Shown: positions 19,813 to 28,730 of the stretch, piece by piece
Layout: each line of letters starts with the position of its first letter
Numbering within the stretch: position 1 is the first letter of the stretch
From: Bacteroidota bacterium
GTDB lineage: Bacteria; Bacteroidota; Ignavibacteria; UBA10030; UBA8401
Assembly (NCBI GenBank): GCA_041658205.1
Contig: JBBAAO010000001.1
Coordinates: 710,800 to 774,799, forward strand
Direction of reading: 5' to 3'
Length of the DNA: 64,000 bases
The notes under the pieces: generated by a model
What the model saw: the letters and a program-made list of their open reading frames with translations, nothing else
Told to the model about the DNA's origin: nothing
Databases searched by the model: none
Program-made: the position numbers and the translations under genes

Positions 19813-20283
19813 CTAATTGTCAAAATATTGCGCTTCTTCGGTTTTGAAAATTTCGATCACTTCTTTTGGTGTTTTTGCATCCAATAATTTTTTTCGGAAA
19901 TCTTCCTTGTTCATTAAACGGGAGATTCGGCTGAGCAGTTTAATGTGCGGTCCAACCATACTGTCTTTGCCGATCAAGAGGAAAATTAAATGGACTGGCT
20001 GTTCATCCAGCGATTCGTAATCGATAGCTTCTTCGGTGATGGCGAACGCTGCGACGATATCCAGCACAGCGTCACATTTTCCATGGGGAATTGCGAATCC
20101 GTTTCCGACGCCGGTGGACATGATTTTTTCGCGTTCAAAAATAGCTTCGCGTACTTTTTCAATGTCCGTGATCCTGTTCGAATGATTGACAATCGCAATC
20201 ATTTCATTAATGATCTCGTCTTTGGATTTGCCTTTTAGTTTAACTCGTACGACTGATTCATCTAAAATATCACTGATCTTCAT
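19813..20283 (-). CDS. ptsN: PTS EIIA-Ntr type regulatory protein (PtsN-like)
   Basis: 156 aa. The PTS_EIIA_2 fold is recognised, with the active-site His region GNGFAIPHGKC. Confidence 0.7.
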   Translation of the reverse strand: MKISDILDESVVRVKLKGKSKDEIINEMIAIVNHSNRITDIEKVREAIFEREKIMSTGVGNGFAIPHGKCDAVLDIVAAFAITEEAIDYESLDEQPVHLIFLLIGKDSMVGPHIKLLSRISRLMNKEDFRKKLLDAKTPKEVIEIFKTEEAQYFDN

Positions 20284-20372
20284 TTTCTGATAATCTCCAA
20301 ACTGTCAAATCGGGTAACGTTGTCAAAGTTCATTCAATATACGGTTTTTGCCGTGCAAATGGAAACAATTAT

Positions 20373-22886
20373 TCAATCCCGGGTATCGCGCCATTCCACA
20401 ATCTTCTCTTCGTATTGCGAAACGAGGATTTCGGCAATTTCTTTATCCGCAGATTCAGCGTGAACATGGAACGACGGTAATGCTCTGTCCGGCCACATCA
20501 ACACAGAAGTGGAAGCTTTTTGATCGAGCACCAACTTTACACCATCAAGCAGAATGCGATGCTGTTGATTGTCGGTATCTTTCATCAGATAGCGCATTAC
20601 TCTTCCTTTTTTATCCCATGGAACGTGAATTACTTTCTTATTCATATGAAGTTTCGGCACTTGTTTGTCCAACTGACCAAAACGAGTGTTTGCAAGTGCG
20701 AGCATCTCCATAATCTTTGCAACGGAATACATTCCATCACTGGCAAAAAGGAAATCGGTGAAAATGAATCCTCCCTTTGTGCCGCCGACGAATTTAATAT
20801 CTTCTTTGGTCGCTGCTTCCATCAATGACAAATGACTATCGCGTGTCTTCACAACTTGCACGCCCATATGTTCAGCGATCAGATCAATCTCAGCTGATGC
20901 GGTGATCGGAACAGCAATTTTTTTCACATCAGGATAAACGGTGAGGAAGAGATGTGTCACAAGTGTAAGCAGCCGATCAGTCTCAACAAATTTCCCATTC
21001 TCATCAACAACCAAACAACGCTCAGCGCCGGCATCCAAAATGAAACCGACATCATATCCAAGAGAGGTGACAATGTGGGAAAGCTGACTGACACTATGCT
21101 CAAATTCTTCAGCGCTCCGGGTGATTTTTTTTGCATCCAAATAGGCATTTTGTGAAAGCACCTGTGCATTGAACGAACCAAGGATGTTTGGGAAAATGGA
21201 GGAGGCGATGCCGCTGGAATAATCGATCACTAATTTGAATTTCGACTGTGTGATTGCATCCACATTAATGGTAGAAAGGAAGTTTTGAATATAACTTTCC
21301 TGTGCACGTTCCGGGAATGAGACTGCACCGACTTCATCTTGTTTTGCTCTTGGAAAATCTTCACCGAAGAATAACCGTTCAAGGGATTTTGTCTTACTCG
21401 TCGGAAGATCTTTTCCTTTCCCGTCAAAAAAAATAATATCGGTCAGGTTTTTATCGACCGGTGATTTCCGGACATGAATACCACCGGCGTGTTTTCCGCT
21501 TCGTAACTCTTGTCTCAATATTGGAATTGAAACGGCGCGAAGGTCTCCCGCATCTACACCGGCGGACATCAATCCGCACATGATTGCACGGTTCATCATT
21601 CGTGAAACGTTGTCGGAATCCCGACTCATCAAAATGGTTTTTCCTTTTCCCGCCAATGCACCGAATGATGCACCAATCTTGGCGCCGAATTCAGGATTCA
21701 TCTCTATATTAGACAGTCCGGTAATCCGCGCATCAGTGAAAAGATCTTTCAGCCATTTATCTTCCCACACTAATGAACGGGTGAGAATTGCACCGTCTTC
21801 CACCTCTTTTTCTGGCCACAATTTAATATTTGGTGCCAGCTTGCTTTCCTTGCCGATCACGCATTTATCGGAGATATAAACATTATCGCTGATAATTGCA
21901 TAGTCGCCGATCTTACACCATTTTGCGACAACGCAGGATGTTAATTCCGCACCTTTGCCAACCTTCGTGTCGGACCAAATGACGGAGTTGCGAATTATTG
22001 TGCCATCTTCAATAACGCAATCATTGCCGATAACTGATTTAATGATCTTTACGTTTTTCCCGATCTTGCAATTCTTGCCGATCAATACTTTTCCTTGAAG
22101 ATTGTCGACTGAAGTTTCGATCGTCGAATTCGATCCGACAAAAGCGCTGCCGACAATATTTCCTTCGTGATGCAGTCTCACGCCGTCGTCCAATGCATCA
22201 AGATGTGCTTCCTGATATTCATTCAGGTTGCCAACATCGCGCCAATATCCTTCCGCAATGAAGCCATACAATCCCATATCCTGTTCAAGCATTGCCGGGA
22301 AAAGATTCTTGCTGAAATCGAATTCTTTTTGATAGGGAATAAGTTTGAGTACCTCAGGTTCGATGATGTAGATACCAGTGTTAATGGTATCGCTGAACAC
22401 TTCGCCCCATGACGGCTTTTCAAGAAAACGGGTAATCTTTCCGCTGCTGTCCGTAATGACAACACCGAAGGCGAGTGGATTTGTTGCGCGGGTAAGAACG
22501 AGTGTTGCCTTAGCCTTTTTCTTTTCATGAAATTCAATTGCTTTTGTGAGATCGAAATCAGTAAGAACATCTCCGCTGATGATGATGAACCGTTCATCCA
22601 AAAAATCTGCCGCGTTGCGCACGCTCCCGGCAGTTCCGTAATCGGCTTCCGCTTTTCGGTACTGCATTTTAATTCCAAATTTCGAACCATCGCCAAAGTG
22701 TCCGGTGATGATATCCGGCTGGTAAAACAATGTCGAAACAATTTCTGTGATTCCGTGCTGTTTCAACAGATCGACGATATGTTGCATCATCGGTTTGTTC
22801 ATCATCGGAACCATCGGTTTTGGAATATTACATGTAAGAGGACGGAGACGTGTGCCGAAACCGCCAGACATTATTACAGCTTTCAT
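20373..22886 (-). CDS. Bifunctional sugar-1-phosphate nucleotidyltransferase (mannose-1-P guanylyltransferase-like) fused to a phosphomannomutase/phosphoglucomutase domain
   Basis: Start trimmed to MKAVIMSGGFGTRLRPLT. N-terminal NTP-transferase domain, then left-handed beta-helix hexapeptide repeats, then a C-terminal alpha-D-phosphohexomutase domain (TASHNP-like region, GGTKGG). Confidence 0.8.
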   Translation of the reverse strand: MKAVIMSGGFGTRLRPLTCNIPKPMVPMMNKPMMQHIVDLLKQHGITEIVSTLFYQPDIITGHFGDGSKFGIKMQYRKAEADYGTAGSVRNAADFLDERFIIISGDVLTDFDLTKAIEFHEKKKAKATLVLTRATNPLAFGVVITDSSGKITRFLEKPSWGEVFSDTINTGIYIIEPEVLKLIPYQKEFDFSKNLFPAMLEQDMGLYGFIAEGYWRDVGNLNEYQEAHLDALDDGVRLHHEGNIVGSAFVGSNSTIETSVDNLQGKVLIGKNCKIGKNVKIIKSVIGNDCVIEDGTIIRNSVIWSDTKVGKGAELTSCVVAKWCKIGDYAIISDNVYISDKCVIGKESKLAPNIKLWPEKEVEDGAILTRSLVWEDKWLKDLFTDARITGLSNIEMNPEFGAKIGASFGALAGKGKTILMSRDSDNVSRMMNRAIMCGLMSAGVDAGDLRAVSIPILRQELRSGKHAGGIHVRKSPVDKNLTDIIFFDGKGKDLPTSKTKSLERLFFGEDFPRAKQDEVGAVSFPERAQESYIQNFLSTINVDAITQSKFKLVIDYSSGIASSIFPNILGSFNAQVLSQNAYLDAKKITRSAEEFEHSVSQLSHIVTSLGYDVGFILDAGAERCLVVDENGKFVETDRLLTLVTHLFLTVYPDVKKIAVPITASAEIDLIAEHMGVQVVKTRDSHLSLMEAATKEDIKFVGGTKGGFIFTDFLFASDGMYSVAKIMEMLALANTRFGQLDKQVPKLHMNKKVIHVPWDKKGRVMRYLMKDTDNQQHRILLDGVKLVLDQKASTSVLMWPDRALPSFHVHAESADKEIAEILVSQYEEKIVEWRDTRD

Positions 22887-23091
22887 AGGAATACTCGGTT
22901 GGTCAATAAAGAGGTTTTCTGATTTAGTGTAGCTAAAAATTGAAATTGGCGCAACACCTTTTTTGTAAAATAACATCAACGAAACATTTCATTGATTAAC
23001 AATATGTAATGAATTCTTCATTGACTTTAGAGTGAATTATGGGTAAATTCAGCAAGTTTTTTGCGGTTTCTCAACGTTCAAGGACTCATTA

Positions 23092-25011
23092 ATGCCGGAA
23101 AATCAGCGGGAACTTGTCCATTCTAATAAGATTCAACAACTATTAGAAGAGATAATTCTTGTCGGTGTTGGAGTCCTTCTCGTATTTTTGGGAGTGTTCA
23201 GCTCGGTGCTGGCGACCAATATTGTTTCCGTTGGGATCGGCGTTTTCCTTTTCTACACTTCGTATAATTCATACCGTATCAAATTCGGGAAAACAAAACC
23301 AGAGGAGTTTGAGGAAGAAGATTTTGAGGATGAAAATAGCGAAGTATTTGAAAATGAACGCGAGCCGATATTAGATTTACGTTCACTTCCATCAAAAAAG
23401 ATAGAACGTCCGGGTTTACAAGAGAGTAAGAGTGAACAGGGAATTAGGATGCGCCAGCCGGAGCGGACCGCTGTTAATTTTACTGCGACAGATTTTTTCG
23501 AGGAGAAACAAACATCATCAATGAGTCAGGCAGAACCGCAGAGCGAATTTAATAATTTACTTTTAAAAGCTTTACAGATCGTTAAAGAAGTCAGCTTTGC
23601 CCACACCGTTACTTTTTTTTGGGTAAAGGCTGAAACTCGGCAGCTTGTTGTAGAAGGGAAGATCACAGATTCTTCAGCATTCACACATGAACGGAAACTT
23701 CCGCTTGGTGTGGATGTGGTGAGCATGATCGGCGTGAATGGAGAACCGCAGTTAGTGAACAACATTCTTCCGGAAACCGAACGTGACATCCTCTGCTATT
23801 ATAAGAATCTGCAGGATATAAAATCATTTATCGGCGTTCCGGTTTTTTATGCGGGAGAGGCATCATCGCAACCGATTGGCGTGCTGACAGTTGATAGTAA
23901 AGCACCCGACGCGTATGGCGAAGAAACATTTGCGATGCTGTCGCATGTTTCCAAACTGATCTCGTCGATGCTTATTAGCTATACAGAAAAGTACGATCTT
24001 TTTGCCGATGTGAAGTTAATTGAAGCTGATACAAAATTGAAACGCCGGATTTCCGATCATCCTTCAATCAATGTCGTGATGAATTCGCTGACGGAAGAAT
24101 TAGAGAATATTGTGTCGTGGGAATCGATCAGCGTGGTTTTATATGATGAAGGGCAGAGGACGTGGGGAATCGCTTCAACGCGAGTGCGTGGGAATGATCG
24201 ATTCGTTTCACCAAAACAGCCGATTGATTTTGAAAACAGCATTGTCGGACATTCCATTAGATCCAACAGTCTGCAGACGGTAAATCTGGCGCAGAATTCC
24301 AAGATGATCTTCAATGAACACGAACGATCATCAGATGTATTGAAACATGGTATGTTAGTGGTTGCTCCGTTCTCGTCCGGCGGGAAATGCTTTGGTGCCG
24401 TTGTTGTTTCTGATAGAGATGCGAATGCTTATTCCAAAAAAGATATTGCGGCAATCCAGTTCCTCTCTTCAACCGTTGCACCGGAATTTGAGATTACGGA
24501 ATTAAACACCATTCTCAGTGAGCACATTGCCATTGATGAGTTGACGGGAACAATGTCAAAGAAGTATTTCTCCTTACGGTTAAGTGAGGAATTGTTCCGT
24601 TCAACAGAACGGGAAGAAGATTTAAGTTTAGTTTTTGTTACGTTGTATAATATCGCCGATATTCAACAACGGTATGACAGTGATGGAACCGATGCTGCGT
24701 TAATACATGTTGCTCGGCACTTGCGTGCAAGCGTTCGTCCATATGATGTTGTTGCGCGTTATGATACCTCAACCTTTGCTGTGATTCTTGTGGATACCAT
24801 TGCCAACGACGCGTTTTTGTGGGCTGAAAAACTGCGTATGGCTATCGCGGGAAGCATCGTGACAATCGGCAGAAAGAGTTTTTCCATTTCTGTTACCATT
24901 GGTGTCAGCGGAGCATCGTCCAAAATGACCGGTGATGAATTGGTGAAGAATGTTTCTCATGTGCTCGATCTGGCAAAAAAAGCGGGTGGAAATATCGTAA
25001 GAGTATTCTGA
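23092..25011 (+). CDS. Membrane-anchored GAF-GAF-GGDEF protein with a degenerate GGDEF site
   Basis: 639 aa. N-terminal TM helices, GAF-like domains, and a C-terminal GGDEF fold in which the GG(D/E)EF position reads RYDTSTFAVIL. Confidence 0.65.
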   Translation: MPENQRELVHSNKIQQLLEEIILVGVGVLLVFLGVFSSVLATNIVSVGIGVFLFYTSYNSYRIKFGKTKPEEFEEEDFEDENSEVFENEREPILDLRSLPSKKIERPGLQESKSEQGIRMRQPERTAVNFTATDFFEEKQTSSMSQAEPQSEFNNLLLKALQIVKEVSFAHTVTFFWVKAETRQLVVEGKITDSSAFTHERKLPLGVDVVSMIGVNGEPQLVNNILPETERDILCYYKNLQDIKSFIGVPVFYAGEASSQPIGVLTVDSKAPDAYGEETFAMLSHVSKLISSMLISYTEKYDLFADVKLIEADTKLKRRISDHPSINVVMNSLTEELENIVSWESISVVLYDEGQRTWGIASTRVRGNDRFVSPKQPIDFENSIVGHSIRSNSLQTVNLAQNSKMIFNEHERSSDVLKHGMLVVAPFSSGGKCFGAVVVSDRDANAYSKKDIAAIQFLSSTVAPEFEITELNTILSEHIAIDELTGTMSKKYFSLRLSEELFRSTEREEDLSLVFVTLYNIADIQQRYDSDGTDAALIHVARHLRASVRPYDVVARYDTSTFAVILVDTIANDAFLWAEKLRMAIAGSIVTIGRKSFSISVTIGVSGASSKMTGDELVKNVSHVLDLAKKAGGNIVRVF

Positions 25012-26195
25012 TGAAGAAAAACGGTAAAGTAATTTGTATTGTTCTTGACGGCGTCGGTATTGGTGCTGCTCCCGATGCACATCTATATCACGACGAAGCG
25101 GCGAACACATTGTGCAACACTGCGTCCGTTACAGGCGGTTTACATCTGCCGAATCTTGCAGCACTTGGACTCGGAAATATCGCGGAGATCACCGGCGTTC
25201 CGAAAAATTCCAATGCGACGGGAAACTTTGGGAAGATGCGTGAGGTTTCTAAAGGGAAGGATAGTACCACCGGACATTGGGAATTTTCCGGTATCATTTT
25301 AGAAAAAGATTTTCCGTATTATCCGAACGGCTTCCCCAAGGATGTGGTTGATAAATTTTGTGCGTTGACCGGCTGCAAAGGAGTGCTTGGCAACAAAGCT
25401 GCTTCCGGCACGGTGATCCTTGACGAACTCGGGATCGAACATGAGAAGACCGGATTTCCGATTATCTATACGTCGGCAGATTCTGTATTTCAGATAGCTG
25501 CTAACGAGCAGGTGATTCCATTAGAACGATTGTACGAACTCTGCACTATTGCACGAAATGAAGTGTTGGTCGGTCCGCATGCAGTTGGAAGAGTGATCGC
25601 GCGGCCGTTTACGGGATCAAACGGAAATTATAAACGGACAACGAATCGTCGCGATTTTTCTTTGTTTCCGCCGAGTACAACCATGCTCGACATTTTATTT
25701 GAACAGAAAATTCCAACGGTTGCTATTGGAAAAATTGATGATCTGTTTGCCGGAAAAAGTTTAAGTGAAAAGATTCACACAAAATCCAACAGCGAAGGTA
25801 TTGAAGAGACGATCAGCTGGGCGAAAAAGACTCCGATTGGTTTTGTCTTTACGAACCTTGTCGATTTTGATGCATTGTTCGGACATAGACAAGATCCGAA
25901 AGGAATGAAAGAAGCGCTGGAATATTTTGATGTTCAACTTCCACGTATTCTTGAAATATTAAATAGTGATGATCTGTTGATCATCACCGCGGATCACGGA
26001 AATGATCCGACTGATAACAGCACCGATCATTCGCGTGAATATGTTCCATTGATTGTCTATTCTCCAAACGGAAAGAACAATATCAATCTCGGCATTCGTC
26101 AGACTTTTGCCGATCTTGGTAAATCTGTTGTTGAATATTTTGGTTTTGAAAAGAATGTTTTGAAGGGAACAAGTTTCCTGGATAAGGTCATGTAA
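25011..26195 (+). CDS. deoB: Phosphopentomutase
   Basis: 394 aa. Metalloenzyme superfamily motifs (VLDGVGIGAAPDA, TADHGNDPT). Start overlaps the upstream stop as ATGA. Confidence 0.85.
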   Translation: MKKNGKVICIVLDGVGIGAAPDAHLYHDEAANTLCNTASVTGGLHLPNLAALGLGNIAEITGVPKNSNATGNFGKMREVSKGKDSTTGHWEFSGIILEKDFPYYPNGFPKDVVDKFCALTGCKGVLGNKAASGTVILDELGIEHEKTGFPIIYTSADSVFQIAANEQVIPLERLYELCTIARNEVLVGPHAVGRVIARPFTGSNGNYKRTTNRRDFSLFPPSTTMLDILFEQKIPTVAIGKIDDLFAGKSLSEKIHTKSNSEGIEETISWAKKTPIGFVFTNLVDFDALFGHRQDPKGMKEALEYFDVQLPRILEILNSDDLLIITADHGNDPTDNSTDHSREYVPLIVYSPNGKNNINLGIRQTFADLGKSVVEYFGFEKNVLKGTSFLDKVM

Positions 26196-26196
26196 G

Positions 26197-26544
26197 ATGT
26201 GCGATTTTCCAAATCTAAAAGATTTGGAAAATTGTAGTATGAATATGGAAAAACCAAAACACAGTGTTCAGTTTCAGACAGAAGTAGATGGGAACGGGAA
26301 CGTATCGTTTTCAAAGCAGGTGTTCGAACTTCAATTGAAGCCGGGATCGAAAGTGACAGTGAATATTTTCGGAGGTGTTATCTCCGATCAATTGACGAAG
26401 CTGAAGGTCACGGAAGAAGAGATTGAAACAATCGGTAAAATGCAATACGAAGATCGTGAACATGTAATGTCCTTCTTATCATCACAAGGAATTCTGAGCA
26501 AAAATAAGCGTTTTTCGGGGCGAATACGGCGGATGTTAACGTGA
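26197..26544 (+). CDS. AbrB/MazE/SpoVT-fold small protein (candidate antitoxin)
   Basis: 115 aa. The core region VDGNGNVSFSKQVFELQLKPGSKVTVNIFGG resembles the swapped-hairpin AbrB/SpoVT family. Overlaps the next ORF by 4 nt. Confidence 0.4.
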   Translation: MCDFPNLKDLENCSMNMEKPKHSVQFQTEVDGNGNVSFSKQVFELQLKPGSKVTVNIFGGVISDQLTKLKVTEEEIETIGKMQYEDREHVMSFLSSQGILSKNKRFSGRIRRMLT

Positions 26545-26930
26545 TCGTGAAGAAAATTGTTGTAGATTCAAGTATTATTGCGGATCATCTGACAACTACG
26601 AAGGTTGAATCGTATCTGCGGAAATTGTCGAAACAGTACTTTTGCTATACGACGGTGTTCAACGCTATAGAACTTTTTGCCAGTGCAAAGAGTCTAAAAG
26701 AGACAGAAGCGATACAAGATGCGATGGATGCTTTGAAAGTGCTCGGAATAAATCCAAAAAGTGCAAAGAATATCGCATCAGTTGTTTCGTCCAATAAGAA
26801 GAACAGTTTTGCTGCGTTGATTGCTGGCATTTGTGTTGAAAGTAAGTTACCAATCGTGACGATGAACGCCAAAAGGTTTTCCGGAATAAAGAAGTTGGAA
26901 ATTATTCGTGTGCGTGAACTTTTTAGGTGA
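26541..26930 (+). CDS. PIN-like domain protein (candidate VapC-like toxin, possibly degenerate)
   Basis: 129 aa. N-terminal IVVDSSIIADHL fits the first PIN strand and Asp. The expected C-terminal Asp position reads TMNAKRF (Asn). Confidence 0.4.
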   Translation: MIVKKIVVDSSIIADHLTTTKVESYLRKLSKQYFCYTTVFNAIELFASAKSLKETEAIQDAMDALKVLGINPKSAKNIASVVSSNKKNSFAALIAGICVESKLPIVTMNAKRFSGIKKLEIIRVRELFR

Positions 26931-27142
26931 TCATGAGTATGATGGTTCTTCAATCGATCATTACTTGTCCGGAATGCGGATTTCAAAAAGAAGAAACAAT
27001 GCCGATCAGTGCATGTCAATTTTTTTATGAATGTACACAGTGTAAATCAGTTCTGAAACCGAAAGCAGGGGATTGCTGTATATTTTGCAGCTACGGGACA
27101 GAAATCTGTCCGCCGAAACAAGAAGCAAAAGAATGTTGTTAA
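26927..27142 (+). CDS. GDCCVxC-domain small cysteine-rich protein (putative metal-binding)
   Basis: 71 aa. Contains CPECG ... CTQC ... GDCCIFCSYGTEICPP. Overlaps the PIN-like ORF by 4 nt. Confidence 0.5.
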   Translation: MIMSMMVLQSIITCPECGFQKEETMPISACQFFYECTQCKSVLKPKAGDCCIFCSYGTEICPPKQEAKECC

Positions 27143-27187
27143 GATGTTAGTCGTATCCATGAATTCTATCAGTAAGGTGAAGCGTTA

Positions 27188-28054
27188 ATGGTAAAAATTA
27201 CAAAACAATACACGAATAGAGAGAGCCAATCGCTCGACAAGTATCTTCAAGAGATCGGTAAAGTCGATTTGCTAACTCCCGATCAAGAAATCCAATATGC
27301 AAAGGATATTAAAAAGGGAGGAGCCAACGGACAAAAGTCGTTGGAGAAATTGACGAAAGCGAATCTTCGCTTTGTGGTGAGCGTTGCGAAACAATATCAG
27401 AATCAAGGATTGTCACTCGGCGATTTAATCAACGAAGGAAATCTTGGACTGATTAAAGCAGCAAAACGTTTCGATGAGACCCGTGGATTTAAATTCATTT
27501 CCTATGCGGTGTGGTGGATTCGTCAATCGATTCTTCAAGCGCTTGCAGAACAATCCCGTATCGTTCGTTTGCCATTGAACAGAGTCGGTGCATTGAACAA
27601 GATCGGTAAAGCGTTCAGTCAATTAGAACAGGAATTCGAACGCGAACCAAGTGCCAGCGAACTTGCAGAAGAACTCGATATGTCCGTGTTTGAAGTTGCC
27701 GATACATTAAAAATTTCAGGACGTCATCTCTCCGTTGACGCTCCATTTGCACAGGGAGAAGATAACCGACTGCTTGATGTTATTCAAGACGAGCGTCAGC
27801 CTGCGCCTGACTCTATCTTAATGGATGAATCACTAAAGGAAGAAGTGAAACGTGCACTGGCGACATTAAGCGAGCGTGAATCCGAAGTGATCCGTCTTTA
27901 TTTCGGTCTGCACAAAGAACACTCGTTAACACTCGAAGAAATCGGCGAAAAATTCAATCTCACTCGCGAACGGGTCCGTCAGATTAAAGAAAAAGCAATT
28001 CGTCGACTGCGACATGCATCGCGAAGTAAAAATCTGCGCTCGTATCTTGGATAA
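27188..28054 (+). CDS. rpoD: RNA polymerase sigma-70 family factor (short primary-like sigma, RpoD family)
   Basis: 288 aa. Regions 2, 3 and 4 are recognisable ([18 protein letters not shown], region 2.4 [12 protein letters not shown], region 4 [24 protein letters not shown]). Confidence 0.85.
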   Translation: MVKITKQYTNRESQSLDKYLQEIGKVDLLTPDQEIQYAKDIKKGGANGQKSLEKLTKANLRFVVSVAKQYQNQGLSLGDLINEGNLGLIKAAKRFDETRGFKFISYAVWWIRQSILQALAEQSRIVRLPLNRVGALNKIGKAFSQLEQEFEREPSASELAEELDMSVFEVADTLKISGRHLSVDAPFAQGEDNRLLDVIQDERQPAPDSILMDESLKEEVKRALATLSERESEVIRLYFGLHKEHSLTLEEIGEKFNLTRERVRQIKEKAIRRLRHASRSKNLRSYLG

Positions 28055-28084
28055 TCCACATTTAATCAAATATATTTTTAGAAA

Positions 28085-28113
28085 CCCCTTCAAAGACTTT
28101 GAAGGGGTTTTTT
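28085..28113 (+). terminator. Rho-independent terminator downstream of the sigma factor gene
   Basis: Perfect 11-bp GC-rich stem (ccccttcaaag-a-ctttgaagggg) followed by TTTTTT. Confidence 0.85.
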
Positions 28114-28396
28114 ATTCGTGCCTAAAATAAAAATTAACCATTGAAATTCCGTCTATTTCGATGGTTTTATTTTAAAAACCACGTATTTACGTGATTGCGG
28201 AATAAAGTAATAATCCTTATCTATAAACCTTTTTACCTATCAATACAGCTACCTACCAGTAGAACAATAATAATTTGACAATTTTGGTCATCAAAAGTAG
28301 ATTAGAGGAGTCTAAAATCAGATAAATTTCTCCTTTTTCTCACCCTCGAAAATTGCATAAAATGAATACTGTATTTTTAATGAAACAAGGAAATGT

Positions 28397-28720
28397 ATGT
28401 GTTTTGTTACTGTTCATTCTGTAACAAAAAGTTATCAAGAAATATCTCAAGCATATCAGGGTTCAAAAGTATTCACTCAACATATTAGAATAAGACTAGT
28501 AAAATCCAAAGATACACTAACATTTGAAACGAAGGGGAGAAGTGAGATAAAGGACTTATCTAAAGACTATGAAAAGTCTATGTATGTAAATCATAATAGT
28601 CTAACATATAACAATGTCATTGAAGAATTGCAAAAAGAGGGATTAAAATTAACAGTGGAACAATACGGTGAAAATTATTTCGTTCAATTAATATATCCTG
28701 AAAAGGAAAACAAACAATAA
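28397..28720 (+). CDS. Hypothetical small protein (107 aa), low-GC orphan
   Basis: ORF in an AT-rich region with a long upstream non-coding stretch. No recognised domain. Confidence 0.3.
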   Translation: MCFVTVHSVTKSYQEISQAYQGSKVFTQHIRIRLVKSKDTLTFETKGRSEIKDLSKDYEKSMYVNHNSLTYNNVIEELQKEGLKLTVEQYGENYFVQLIYPEKENKQ

Positions 28721-28730
28721 GGGTAACATT

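Noticed and set aside
22223-22741. 172-aa minus-strand ORF in an alternate frame of the NDP-sugar/phosphomutase gene
   Set aside because: It is an overlapping out-of-frame reading of a strongly supported 838-aa CDS.
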